Of a stretch of 64,000 bases of DNA, positions 1 through 10,600 are shown piece after piece (within the stretch, counting starts at the first letter, position 1; each line of letters begins with the position of its first letter). The notes beneath the pieces were generated by a model, which worked only from the letters and a program-made list of their open reading frames with translations, searched no databases and had not been told where the DNA came from. The stretch spans positions 2,884,891 to 2,948,890 of the forward strand of contig JBFWNU010000001.1 in assembly GCA_050250895.1 (NCBI GenBank), in the 5' to 3' direction. The DNA is from Vulcanimicrobiota bacterium (GTDB taxonomy: Bacteria; Vulcanimicrobiota; Xenobia; Xenobiales; JADMJV01). The position numbers and the translations under genes were made by a program.

Positions 1-2
1 AT

Positions 3-362
3 GCCGCCCTGCGAGCGAAGTTGCTGAGCCCAGAGGTGTATTCGCGATTTCGCAAGATCGCGGCGGGCAAGGTGGCGAAGATGATGCCCCAGATGATCGA
101 GGCCGTGCGGGTAGCGGTACCGAAGGCGTTGCGCGTGATGAGTACGGGCAGGTTGGCGCGACGGGCCGATGCTTGCACACGCTTGGCCGACGAGTTGCGA
201 CAAGAGATGGAATACTATCGGTGGCTCGGCGAACACGAACCGCAGCGGGCCCCGTTCGCCCGTGGCGAACTGGCCGACCGCCAGTTGCTGCTCGAGCGAG
301 TTCGCGACGAGCGCATCGAACTCGAGGGCCTGGCCCTCGTCATCGGGACGCAGAAAGATTGA
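3..362 (+). CDS. C-terminal part of a gene running in from the left edge; probably DpdE-like (SF2 helicase) by synteny
   Basis: The frame is open from position 3 to TGA at 360-362, and the stop overlaps the TTG start of the next gene (TTGA). It sits directly before dpdF-G-H-I homologs, where dpdE normally lies. The visible 113 aa contain no diagnostic motif. Confidence 0.45.
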   Translation, partial: AALRAKLLSPEVYSRFRKIAAGKVAKMMPQMIEAVRVAVPKALRVMSTGRLARRADACTRLADELRQEMEYYRWLGEHEPQRAPFARGELADRQLLLERVRDERIELEGLALVIGTQKD

Positions 363-2854
363 AGACACTCCTGCAAGAGGCCAAGTGCCTGACCGAAGCC
401 CTCGAGGCTGCCGAAGCGCTGGGAGCGCTCGACTGGCAGGGTCAGTCGGTGATGGCCTGCCTCCAGTGCTTTCTTCGGGCCACGGCACCCTCAGACCGGG
501 GGGCATTGCTGCGTGAATTGGTGCGACTTTGCGAAGGGATCGTGTCGCTGCCCTTCCGACCCGAGATCGAGAGCCTGGGGGCCGACATCCTCGCTCGCTA
601 CGGCTTGCGCTCGAACCTGCGCGACGAGCGCATCTATTTGAGTCTGGCTCCCGGCCGACCGGGCGTCGAGAGTGATTTTCTGAAGAGAGTGGCCTGGGCG
701 TGCCAACTCGACCGACTCACGCGTCGGCCCTATCCTCCCACCCTGGCCGACGGTTCGCTGCGGCGCTTGATGGGCCGGGACGGCTATCGCACTCCCACCC
801 AGAAGGCGGCCGCCCGCGCCGCCATGATGATGCCGGGCGACGGCAGTCTGCTGGTGACGATGCCGACGGGTGCCGGCAAGAGCCTCATCTTCCATCTGGC
901 CACTCTTTGGTGGATCGAGGGCACCGCTCCCGGTCGGGCTTGCTCGGTCGTGGTCGTGCCGACCGTTTCACTGGCCCTGGACCACGAGCGCACCGCCCGT
1001 GCCATTCCCGGCCTCGAAGGCAGTCGCGCCCTGCGAAGCGATCTCGCTCCCAGCCTCTATCAGGAGACACTCGAAGCCTTTCGTCGCGGCGAGGTGCCGA
1101 TTCTGTTCGTCTCGCCCGAGGCCGCCATGGGCCGGGCCCGAGACGCCCTGCTCGAAGCGGCCACATCGCTGGCCGAGAAGACCGAGCGGCTACAGGCGCG
1201 TTTGATGGGCTTCTTTGTCGATGAGGTCCACATCGTCGAGTCCTGGGGGCGCTCATTCCGCCCCGACTTCCAGCGCCTGCCCGCCCTGGCCGCCGAATTG
1301 CGCGAGCGCAACAGCAGCCTGCGCACCATCCTGCTCTCGGCCACCGTCAGCGATTCGGCCCTCGAGTTGTTGAAGGCCAGCTACGGCACCGACCAGTTCC
1401 TCTCGCTCTCGGCCGGCGTGGCCCGCTATGAGTTCGACTGGATGGTTAATCGCTGCCCCAACCGCGAGGAGCGTCACCAGCAGGCCTTGCAGGCCCTCGA
1501 CCTGTTGCCCCGGCCCTGCATCGTCTACACCACCACCCGCGACGACGCTGAGCACCTCTACCGCGACCTCGGTCAACGGGGCTACCAGCGGCTTCGCATG
1601 TTCACGGGGGACACCTCGGGCCTCGAGCGCCAGGACATCATTCAAGAGTGGGCCACCGATCAGGTCGATCTGGTGGTGGCCACCTCGGCCTTCGGTATGG
1701 GTATCAACAAGTCCAACGTGCGGGCCGTGCTGCACGCCTGTTTGCCCGAGAATGCCTCGCGTTACTACCAGGAGGTAGGGCGAGGTGGGCGCGATGGCCA
1801 TCAGTGTCTGGCCCTCTGTTTGTGGTGTCCTGAAGACCTTCGCACCGCCCGCGGGTTGTCGACTAGCGAGTGGCTGACGCCCGAGATGGCCGCCACGCGC
1901 TGGCAGGCCCTGCTCGACGACGCTCGGGGCAACGGCGGCTTGCGCTCCAACAAAGGCTCCCACGAGGTCACGGTGCGCCTCGACGCTGCTCACCAGGCTC
2001 TCGGTTCGAAGACCGGCGGACGCAACCGTGACTGGAATCGCCGACTCTTGAACTTGCTCCAGCGCGGCCGAGCTATCGAGTTGCTCACCGATGGCCAGGC
2101 TGACCACGACAGCCCGGTGTGGAGGTTTCGGGTGCTCAAGCCCGAGATCTTCGGCTCTGGGCCCGAGGCCCTGGCTAGCCTGAACGCCCTGCGCGATGCC
2201 GAGCAACACGAAGTCAACCGCCAGTTGCAGGTCCTTCAGGCGCTGGTCGAGCACCCCGAAAGTCAGTGCCTGTTGGCCGGCCTCTTCGAGTTCGTCGAGG
2301 CTGGCCAGCCGATGCCCCAGTATTGCGGCCACTGTGCCTGGTGCCATGCCCAGGGCATCACTCCCCCCGAGAAGCTGCATTTCGGCGGCCTGGATGAGGT
2401 CTGGCCGCTGCGCCCCCCGCGGCGTGAGGTCTTCCCCAGCGGCGTCAGCGCGCTCCAACACGGCGGCGACCTGATGGCCCTCATCCCGCGCTTGCAGCGG
2501 GCCGGCCTGCAACAGTTTCTCGTGCCCGATGGCGAAGGCGAGCAGGCCCTGCGAGTGGTGGGCGAACAGCCGGGCCTGGGACTGGTCCTCGAGTTCTCGA
2601 TGGTCTTGCGTCAGGACTGGGCGCCCGCCGAAATGCCCACCGCGGTCTTCTTCACCGACGAGCGACCCCAGAACGACTCGATGATGAGTTGGGTTCGCAA
2701 GCGGTCTAAGCGCCATCCCAACCACGTCTGGCTGCTGGTGGCTCCCCCGAACATCGGCTTCGAGGAGCGGGGCCTCAACGTGCTGGCCAGCCAGGCACCC
2801 TACGACGAAGCCCAACTAGAAGCCCTCATCAGAAAGGAACCCGTCACTCCGTGA
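359..2854 (+). CDS. dpdF: DpdF-like RecQ-family DEAD/DEAH helicase
   Basis: Motifs MPTGAGKS, DEVH, LSAT, ATSAFGMGINK and YYQEVGRGGRDG, plus C-terminal CGHCAWC. Start moved to TTG 359 (coupled to the upstream stop); the ORF-track extension from 173 is low-complexity. Followed by dpdG/H/I-sized genes. Confidence 0.75.
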   Translation: MKTLLQEAKCLTEALEAAEALGALDWQGQSVMACLQCFLRATAPSDRGALLRELVRLCEGIVSLPFRPEIESLGADILARYGLRSNLRDERIYLSLAPGRPGVESDFLKRVAWACQLDRLTRRPYPPTLADGSLRRLMGRDGYRTPTQKAAARAAMMMPGDGSLLVTMPTGAGKSLIFHLATLWWIEGTAPGRACSVVVVPTVSLALDHERTARAIPGLEGSRALRSDLAPSLYQETLEAFRRGEVPILFVSPEAAMGRARDALLEAATSLAEKTERLQARLMGFFVDEVHIVESWGRSFRPDFQRLPALAAELRERNSSLRTILLSATVSDSALELLKASYGTDQFLSLSAGVARYEFDWMVNRCPNREERHQQALQALDLLPRPCIVYTTTRDDAEHLYRDLGQRGYQRLRMFTGDTSGLERQDIIQEWATDQVDLVVATSAFGMGINKSNVRAVLHACLPENASRYYQEVGRGGRDGHQCLALCLWCPEDLRTARGLSTSEWLTPEMAATRWQALLDDARGNGGLRSNKGSHEVTVRLDAAHQALGSKTGGRNRDWNRRLLNLLQRGRAIELLTDGQADHDSPVWRFRVLKPEIFGSGPEALASLNALRDAEQHEVNRQLQVLQALVEHPESQCLLAGLFEFVEAGQPMPQYCGHCAWCHAQGITPPEKLHFGGLDEVWPLRPPRREVFPSGVSALQHGGDLMALIPRLQRAGLQQFLVPDGEGEQALRVVGEQPGLGLVLEFSMVLRQDWAPAEMPTAVFFTDERPQNDSMMSWVRKRSKRHPNHVWLLVAPPNIGFEERGLNVLASQAPYDEAQLEALIRKEPVTP

Positions 2855-3741
2855 GCGTTCTCAGTAGCACCCGAGGAGACCCAGAACTCCTCTACGCCGT
2901 CTTGCGCCTGCTCCAGGCGCGGGGCGAACCGCTGGCCACCACCGAGTTGCGCGACTGGCTGCAACCCGGCCTGGAGAGATACCCCGGTAGTCTGCTAGGA
3001 GACACCCTGGGGGTGGCCCGCAGCCTGGGTCTGGTGCAGTCGGTCGGCAAGAGCGTCGAGCTCACCTCAGAAGAGCCCCTTGACGCCATCGTGCAACTCG
3101 CCGATCGCGTCCACCTCAGACTTTGCACCTGTACCGCCGACGACCCGGACCTGGTGCTCTATCAGACTTTTGCCTGGTTCGTGGTGCAGTGCGAAAAGAA
3201 TGGCCAGACCACCCAGTGGATCGAGGGCTATTCGCGGCGTTCGGACCTGGCCGATGAGATCGACCAGGCCCTGCGCACCCTGCGACCCGACCAGGATGCC
3301 CGGGTGTTCAACGACTCGAAATATGCAAGTTGGAGCAACTGGCTGCACTTCACCGGCCTCGCCTGCGACCTGGGCAAGAGTTTTGGATTCTATCCGTTCG
3401 TCTACGAGCGGCTCAAACGGGAACTAGCCCGAGTGTCACACGACCTCGGTTTGAGAAAACAACTCGACCTGGAGATCGTGCTCCAGGAGGTGGCTCGCGC
3501 GATGCCTTATCTCGACGGCGGCAGAATTTTCGCAGACCTCTCGTCGGCGCTGAGGTGGCAGCAGCCACCTCGCAAGCTGACCCTGGTGCTTAGCACCGCC
3601 TTGCGCGAACTGCACGACCTCGAAGAGATCGAACTAGTCTCGAAGGGCGACATGGCCGACGCCTTCGCCCTGGCCGAAGACCGCTACTCGCGGGTCGGCT
3701 TCGCCCGCTGGATTGTTTTGAAGGAAGGTCTGTTTTCGTGA
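2851..3741 (+). CDS. dpdG: DpdG-like protein
   Basis: 296 aa, with GTGA overlaps on both sides. FNDSKYASWSNWLHFTGL, MPYLDGG and LSTALRELH resemble DpdG motifs, and it lies between dpdF- and dpdH-like genes. Confidence 0.65.
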   Translation: MSVLSSTRGDPELLYAVLRLLQARGEPLATTELRDWLQPGLERYPGSLLGDTLGVARSLGLVQSVGKSVELTSEEPLDAIVQLADRVHLRLCTCTADDPDLVLYQTFAWFVVQCEKNGQTTQWIEGYSRRSDLADEIDQALRTLRPDQDARVFNDSKYASWSNWLHFTGLACDLGKSFGFYPFVYERLKRELARVSHDLGLRKQLDLEIVLQEVARAMPYLDGGRIFADLSSALRWQQPPRKLTLVLSTALRELHDLEEIELVSKGDMADAFALAEDRYSRVGFARWIVLKEGLFS

Positions 3742-6700
3742 GCTTCGAGGGATTTGTTTGTTGGAAAGAGAGCGATGCCCGGGCCATCCTGGCCACCGAG
3801 GCTCTGGAAGGCAGTGAGGCCGCCTTCTTAGCCACCCATCTGCCCATCTCCGACTTCGAGGTGCAGGGCGTTCACGGGGCCGACATTCAGGAGGCCACCG
3901 AACAGGCTCTGCTCGACGTTCTCTCCACTCCCGAACGGCGCCACGCTTTTTGCGTGGTGGAGGGTGAGCCCGGTTCGGGGAAGTCGCATCTCATTCGCTG
4001 GCTTGGCGTCCGGTGGCCGCGAGGCGACGATCTCGTCCTGCTCATTCAGCGCGCCGATGGCAGCCTTGAGGGCACTCTCGAGCAACTGACCCGCAAGGTG
4101 CCCGAGCGTTACGCGCATCTCTTCGCGGGTCTCGGCAGTCGTCAAGAGGCCTCGTTGCGGGGACGGGCTCGCCTCTTCCTTTCGACTCTGGCCCGAACCC
4201 TCGAGGAGGATTACTTCGAAGAAGACGTTCCCCATGCCGAATGGTGTGCCAACTTTCAACTCTCTGACCTCTTCGACAACCCGGCCGTGCGCGACAATTG
4301 GCGAACCCCTGGCCGAATTCTCGACATCTATTCTGGTCGGACCAACTCAGAATTGGGCTTCTTTACCCTGAAGGATATCGCTGAACTGGCCGACCTCGAA
4401 AGCCGGATCCAGAACGAGAAGCCACCGCCAAAGGCTTTTCGCTTCATCCGCACGCTGGCAAAAGAGGGGCGGGAGCTGCGCAACTTTCTGGAGGCCGACT
4501 ATACCGAGTCGGAGATCAAAGCGGCCGCCGGCGACAAGCTCGTCAACACCTTCACCCTGGTCGACGCGCTGAACGTGCGTCTCAACCATGCCATTCAGAA
4601 CCTTATCGGCATCAGCTCGCACGGGCTGCGCGAACTCTTTCTGCGCTTGCGCCGCGAACTCAAGAAAGACAACCGTCGGCTGGTGCTGCTGCTGGAGGAC
4701 ATCACCAACTTTCAGGGCATCGACCAGCAGTTGATCGACGCCCTGGTCACCCAGAGCACCACCCGCACCGAAGACGACCTCTGCGACCTGGTCTCGGCGG
4801 TGGGCATTACGCCTGCCTACTTCGAGCGCTACCTCAGCACCATGGGCAACTACATCGAGCGCATTACCTATCACGTTCGCCTCGGGCGCGAGCAAGAGGG
4901 CAGTCACATGCAAGACGTGGCCAGCCTGCGCAACCCGGAAGCCCAGGTTCAATTTGCCGCCAACTACCTTCGAGCCACCCGGGCCGGGTTAGAACGCCTG
5001 GAACAGTGGGCCGGCAGCCAGGACCAGTCAGTTCCCAATGTCTGCTTGTCCTGTCAGCACCGGTCGGTGTGCCATGGTGCCTTCGGAGCCGCCGACGGAG
5101 TCGGTCTCTACCCCTTTACGGCCGGGGCCATCACGGGCATGTTCCATCGACTGGTCGACCCTCACGCGGCCACCCAGACCACACATCAGACTCCGCGCGG
5201 TATGCTCCAGGGAGTCTTGACCCCGACGCTGATGCACCCGCACGTCATCGAAGAGCAAGAATTTCCCTCACCCCACGCCGATGTGCCCTGGATCCCCGAG
5301 GAGCGACGGAGGTTGCGGGGCGACCACAAGCAGTTTCTGGCCGTCCAGGTGCAAGACCTCGACACGCGCCAACGCCTCGAGCGCCTCATCGAACTGTGGG
5401 GCACCCGCGACCACGTCGAGACCACCAAAGACGAAGCGGGTGAATTGCTTTTTGCCGGGCTCTCACGGGGGGTCTACGAAGCCTTTTCATTGCCGTGGTT
5501 GGGCGATGCCCAGCGGGCGCTCGAGACCCCCGCGCCGCCGCCCCCGCCTGTGGCGGTGGAACAGCCGAGAGTGCACCGAGTCCAGCCATCGGCGCCCTCG
5601 CCCAAGAAGAGTCGGACCGAGGTCATCCCGTCCGAGAAGCGCGCCACACCGAAGAAGGTGCGAGTCGACCTCGACATACGACGCGACCAGCTAGCGAATT
5701 GGCTAAAAGACGGGGGTCGTCTTGAAGATGCGGAGTTCTGGGCAGCGCAGGTTCAGAAGCTCCTGGACCTTTTGCCCTGGGCCCATTTGGACGTATCCCC
5801 GGCAATTCGAAGAGGCTTCTTCACGTCGAACCTCATCCACATCGAACGAAGTGGCACCGCACGCCGCGCCTACCACTTCGTCATTCCGGCCGAGAAGTGG
5901 TTGGCTGACGGACTCGAGGTCTTCATTGCTATCGAGGCGGGCACCGCAGAGGTCAGCGAGTTCCAGCGGCGCTGTCTGGCTCGGGCTCTGTCTCAACTGA
6001 AGAGGCTCGTCCTGCGACGTGTGGCCGAGGTGATTCCCTCGGTCGAGGGTCGACCCTGGTCGGTTGCCGGGTCAGCAACCCAGCTGCTGGTGGCGATGGA
6101 GTGGTTGGGCAAAGGAGCTTCGCCCGAGCAACCGCTGGTGGAGCAGTGGATACGGGTGCGCGACGACCAGGCACCCGGGGCGCCATCGAAGGAGAGAACA
6201 CAAAGGTGGCGGCGCGTGGCCGAGTTGAGCAGGCACCGGAGCGTGCTTCGTAACCTGCTGGCGAGTTTCATCACCTTACGAGACGGCACAGTCTTCTTGG
6301 ACGCAGCCGATGCGTGCACCGCGCTCGAGCGCCTGCGCCGAACGTTTTCGTTCGACGCAACCCCCGATCTGCCCGACCTTCAGCATTGGGCGGACATGAA
6401 GAAACTTGGGCAGCGGGCGCAAGACTCGCGCGCAGATTTTCAGTTGGCGGCAAGAGACGAGATTCGTCGTTTGCGAGACGGCTGCCAGGAGTTGGACGAG
6501 TACTTGCGCCAGAACTCGCTTTCGGAGCACGTGAAACGCATAGACTCGGTTCTCGAGGGAGTGCAGCGAGTGGATGTTCTTACCACCAATCGGCCCCGCG
6601 AATGGCATGACCAGCGAGGGGCGCTCGAGGACGCGGGGCTGATTGGGCCTTCGCCGGCTCTCGACATCTGCGGCTTCTTGGACGAGACACTTGAGCGCGA

Positions 6701-6950
6701 CGGCGAGTTCTCATCGCCTCTCGATGCTTTCCTCTGGTGTAGGGGGGCGCCGGCTGAAGCTCTGCAGCTGGTCCTTTCGGCCTGTCGCTCGGGAGAAGCC
6801 CTGGTGGCCGACCTCTTCACCCACGTACAGACCTATGGAGATGTGCGTGGCGGGGAAGCGAGTCTATCGAAGGTTCACGAGCGGGGCGAGTGGTTGAAAT
6901 CGGTGGGCGACGCCCTTCGGGCGCAGTTGGAGGTGAAGAGTGAAGTCTAA
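3738..6950 (+). CDS. dpdH: DpdH-like large P-loop ATPase
   Basis: 1070 aa. Walker A GEPGSGKSHLIRW, Walker B LVLLLEDIT, Cys cluster CLSCQHRSVCH, and GLYPF and TPR motifs. Size and position match DpdH. Confidence 0.7.
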   Translation: MSFEGFVCWKESDARAILATEALEGSEAAFLATHLPISDFEVQGVHGADIQEATEQALLDVLSTPERRHAFCVVEGEPGSGKSHLIRWLGVRWPRGDDLVLLIQRADGSLEGTLEQLTRKVPERYAHLFAGLGSRQEASLRGRARLFLSTLARTLEEDYFEEDVPHAEWCANFQLSDLFDNPAVRDNWRTPGRILDIYSGRTNSELGFFTLKDIAELADLESRIQNEKPPPKAFRFIRTLAKEGRELRNFLEADYTESEIKAAAGDKLVNTFTLVDALNVRLNHAIQNLIGISSHGLRELFLRLRRELKKDNRRLVLLLEDITNFQGIDQQLIDALVTQSTTRTEDDLCDLVSAVGITPAYFERYLSTMGNYIERITYHVRLGREQEGSHMQDVASLRNPEAQVQFAANYLRATRAGLERLEQWAGSQDQSVPNVCLSCQHRSVCHGAFGAADGVGLYPFTAGAITGMFHRLVDPHAATQTTHQTPRGMLQGVLTPTLMHPHVIEEQEFPSPHADVPWIPEERRRLRGDHKQFLAVQVQDLDTRQRLERLIELWGTRDHVETTKDEAGELLFAGLSRGVYEAFSLPWLGDAQRALETPAPPPPPVAVEQPRVHRVQPSAPSPKKSRTEVIPSEKRATPKKVRVDLDIRRDQLANWLKDGGRLEDAEFWAAQVQKLLDLLPWAHLDVSPAIRRGFFTSNLIHIERSGTARRAYHFVIPAEKWLADGLEVFIAIEAGTAEVSEFQRRCLARALSQLKRLVLRRVAEVIPSVEGRPWSVAGSATQLLVAMEWLGKGASPEQPLVEQWIRVRDDQAPGAPSKERTQRWRRVAELSRHRSVLRNLLASFITLRDGTVFLDAADACTALERLRRTFSFDATPDLPDLQHWADMKKLGQRAQDSRADFQLAARDEIRRLRDGCQELDEYLRQNSLSEHVKRIDSVLEGVQRVDVLTTNRPREWHDQRGALEDAGLIGPSPALDICGFLDETLERDGEFSSPLDAFLWCRGAPAEALQLVLSACRSGEALVADLFTHVQTYGDVRGGEASLSKVHERGEWLKSVGDALRAQLEVKSEV

Positions 6951-7653
6951 GTTGGCGCCACTGGAGGAACTCGAAGCTGCTTTACCCGGCCTGGGCGGGG
7001 CCGTTCAACGACACCACCTGGGCCAGAAGCTGGACTTTGCCTGTTCTCGCCTCGATAAGATCGCCGGAAGAGCGCAGGAGTTGGCGACCTATCCCGAGGT
7101 TCTGCCCCTGGTAATTGAGCAGCTCGAGGCCGTTGTTCGAGAGAATCTAGCTGGCAAGGCGCGAGGAGTTTGGGCCATCGGGGACAGGGCGTGCAAAGCG
7201 GACACCGCCGACGCTCTCGACGAGTTGGCTCGGGAGTTGAGCAAGATTGGCGAGTGGGCTAAGGAGATGCAGAGCTATCTCTTGGCGGCCTGGCAGCGAC
7301 GGGTCAAGACGGAGTTCGGCCCGGCCGGCCACTTGGGCCGGGTCCTCCAAGAACTCGCCGATGCGCCAGACCTGCGCGAAGTCGCCGAAATGATGACTGA
7401 GGTCGGTGCCGAGGGGGCGAAGTGCGGTGCCCGCTTGCCAGTGAACGAGGAACAGCGGAGGAGGTTCGCCCGCTTACGGGCTGAGCGCGACGAGGCCTAT
7501 GCGCTGTTGGCTGCTTCAGGGGCAGCGGATGATGTGGTGGAGTTTCTCCAGGCTGTGGCCGAGGATAGAGCGACGCTGGAGCAGGTCACTCCGGGAGTTT
7601 TTGGTTGGTTGCGGGAGAAGGGCGCTGGGGGAAGGTTTAGGGTGGGGTTATGA
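6940..7653 (+). CDS. DpdI-like alpha-helical protein
   Basis: 237-aa helical protein overlapping the dpdH stop, with C-terminal FLQAV...ATLEQVTPGVFGWL. Called from size and position. Confidence 0.5.
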   Translation: MKSKLAPLEELEAALPGLGGAVQRHHLGQKLDFACSRLDKIAGRAQELATYPEVLPLVIEQLEAVVRENLAGKARGVWAIGDRACKADTADALDELARELSKIGEWAKEMQSYLLAAWQRRVKTEFGPAGHLGRVLQELADAPDLREVAEMMTEVGAEGAKCGARLPVNEEQRRRFARLRAERDEAYALLAASGAADDVVEFLQAVAEDRATLEQVTPGVFGWLREKGAGGRFRVGL

Positions 7654-7686
7654 AGCACTCCGTGATAAGGGGTGTTTTCGGCTGCT

Positions 7687-10600
7687 CTAGAGGTCAAATT
7701 CCCGGAGTCGCCTCGCAACCAACCGCCTTAGTTCTGGTAGCCGTGAAAAAAGTTGGTTACCGGGGCACTCTGTTGGCACCAGGTCACGATGGCCAACGAT
7801 CGAGTCTGGACTTATTTTGCTTGCGTAACATATTGACGCACAAAGCTCGACCAATCTCTCCCATTGCTCGGGTGGCATCTCGGTTTTGCGAAAATCACCA
7901 AAGTTTTCAATGCCAATAGAATTTGAGTTGTCCTCCTTGGTCCCGGCGTGGGCGCCCTGGACAGTAAAGCCTTTTCGCGCGGCCGCCAACGAGCCTTCCC
8001 GCCCCTCAAAGACAACACCATCTGATGATATCACGAACTGAACGCCAACATCGTCCCACGCGCGCTCAAAATCTATTCTCTGGAGGGATCTCATGTTCGC
8101 TCGCGCAGTTCCTTCGGCGTCATTCCTGGCTAACACTGGCAAGCTCCCAGTGTGATGAATCACAATAGATTTAGCCTCCCCGAGCTTAAACTCCCGCTTC
8201 GCGCGCAGGGCCCCCCATTCCGATCTGGTCACGACCTCATCCAGAGTCTTGAAAGGATTGGGCGGGGCGACAGCCATACTCTGAATCGGCCACGCGCGAA
8301 CCTTCGGCTTTGGTGGAGGAAAGCCCGGAGGTGGGCCCCAAGCCAAGACTAAGAGAAGACCCAAGCCAAGGCCAAACGCGGTGAGTCGCTCTATCATCTG
8401 GTCGAGGAGCCCGATCAGAGCGAACCCTTGACCAATTAGGTAGACAGTACAGGCCAGCACGGGAAGCCACTCTTGGGCACCAACCAAATTCAAGGCAACC
8501 GCCAGCATCAATCCAGAAAGGGCCAGACGCCATCGTGGAGCCGAGTTGCCAGGAAGTTGGCCGATTTCCCAAATCCAATAGAGGGTCAGCAACAACCAGC
8601 CAAACCGCCCCGTGGAGGTGGAATATAAGATTGCGAGCACCGCTCGACCTGGAAGAGGAGTATTGAGATCCAGGCATCGCTCTGGGGCTACTCGATCCCA
8701 TAATCTGGCAACTTTCTGTCTCCAGATTGCCATCGCCAATACGAACGCGATAAGGAGCACCTCCGAAACGGGCTTGGCGCGGCCGGCCAGTTCAGCCAGA
8801 TAGAGGTCCAAAAGGAAGAGTGAGGTCAAGAAGCAGGCAAGTAGAAAGATGACTTCCAAAAATGACTGACGACAGGCAAGACGAGTGAACACAATCCGTC
8901 GAATTCCGTAGAGTGAAAAGACCAGAAACGCGATGAAGGGAAACGCGATGAAGGCTCCCGATGGCCAAGGAAAACTAAAGATGATCGCTGGCCACACGAG
9001 TAGTCCTGCGAATAGCCCACCCCGCGGCATCTCGTTGAAGGAGCCCTTTACCACCAGTTGGAGAGCCCGCTCCGGGTCGATTCGGTCCACCGCGCTCAGC
9101 GGGCGCCTGATTTGGAATGGGGCCCGGTGTTGCCACAGAATTCCCAGACATCCGCAACACATCATCAAGACAGCCCCGACGGGCTCGACAGCGAAACCGA
9201 AGGGAATCGAAAAAAGTAGCGCTCGATAGAGGCGCCCCTTCCGTTCTCCGTTGCCGAAGAGCAAAATGGCGCTTAACAAGGCCGCGAAGAGAATACCCAC
9301 GGGTCGCGGCCACCACAGAGCCGCAACCGTGCCCAGAACCACTGATCCTATCGTAGTCGGGATGGCCGAATGATGCTGCCCTATCTCGAGTGAGGCTCGG
9401 AGTTCCTTCAGAGCAGTCCACAAACGAAGCCGGACCCGTTGACGCTCGCCATCGTCCAGGGTAATTGAGCCCTCCGCACCATCTTCCGTTTCAGGCACAC
9501 TGGTGTCGTGCAAATGTCTGACGAGGTCGGCGACTTGTTCGCTTTGGGCTCGCGCCTCTTCGCGCGGGAGGCTTGCCAGCAACCAATCCCTCAGCCACGT
9601 TGGTATGGATCCGGTGCGAAACCAGGGGAGTCGGAAAAGTTTGAGCAGAGAGGCAGTGCCCCGTTCACCAGTGGGTCGCCCGGCTAGAAGTGCGAGCGTC
9701 AGATCGAAATGAAGACTCCTGTAGGTAGCGCAACTCTGAAGCACCCGAAAGTGGTCGTGCCCCAGGTATGCTTCCAACTGATTCAGGAACTCTTCGATTT
9801 TCTGCGGACTAGGAGGGCGCGGCGCCGTCCACGTCCGCTCGTCAAGTTGGAGAGCCAAAGGATATCCCTCTTCCGCTGGGTAAAGTTGCTCCTTCGCTCC
9901 ACTCGTTAAAGCATCCAAGCCCTCGTAGCTGAATGGAGAAATCAAAATCCCCGACTGCTTCAACCTGTTAAGCAACTCAGGGAACTCCAAAACGTCGGGT
10001 AGCGCCATCACTCGAACAATGCGCTCGCGCGAGAGTTGGAGCAACCATTTGAGTGGTTGAAAGGAGAATGCCTGGTGGAGACTCCTCGGTGCGGCGAATA
10101 CCCACACCTCGCTCGGGTTGAGTCGACCGAACAACTCCTCCCGGTGAAGCCACTGACCTCTGTAGCGCACAAACCTGGGTTCGCCCTCAAAATAGGCCCA
10201 ATGGACGGGGAGACTAGCGTCTAGGAGTTGTTGGGCGAAGCCTTCGAACAACCGAGCTTGGTGGTCAAGATGGGACCGCCGCTCTATTAGGAAGAAGTAG
10301 ACCTTCAACCTGGTTGTCTGATGGTACACTGGCGTGAAAAGCCCAGCATGGCGGACAGTGGCTTTCACCGACCGGCCAATGCTCAGCACCGGTTCTGCCG
10401 AGGCCTTCTTAAGTGCCAGACTCCGGACAAGCCGAGCGAGCAGATTGTGGTCAAACCAGCGTGACCCCGTCAGTTTGCGCTGAGAGTGACGTCTGAGAGA
10501 CACTTCCCACGCTTTTCTTACCAGGACTGGTTCAATGCGGGATAGCTTCGTCATGGCGACGAGGAGACAGGCAAGTCCGAGGCTCGCCAAAGTGGCGGTA

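Noticed and set aside
173-358. N-terminal extension of the 893-aa ORF
   Set aside because: It overlaps the upstream gene out of frame and is Arg/Pro-rich; the TTG at 359, coupled to the upstream stop, is the better start.
1253-2815. Long antisense and alternate-frame ORFs (520 aa here; also 26264-27508, 38704-39864, 43651-44937, 54976-55956)
   Set aside because: They are shadow ORFs opposite motif-bearing genes, expected in high-GC DNA, and carry no recognisable motifs.
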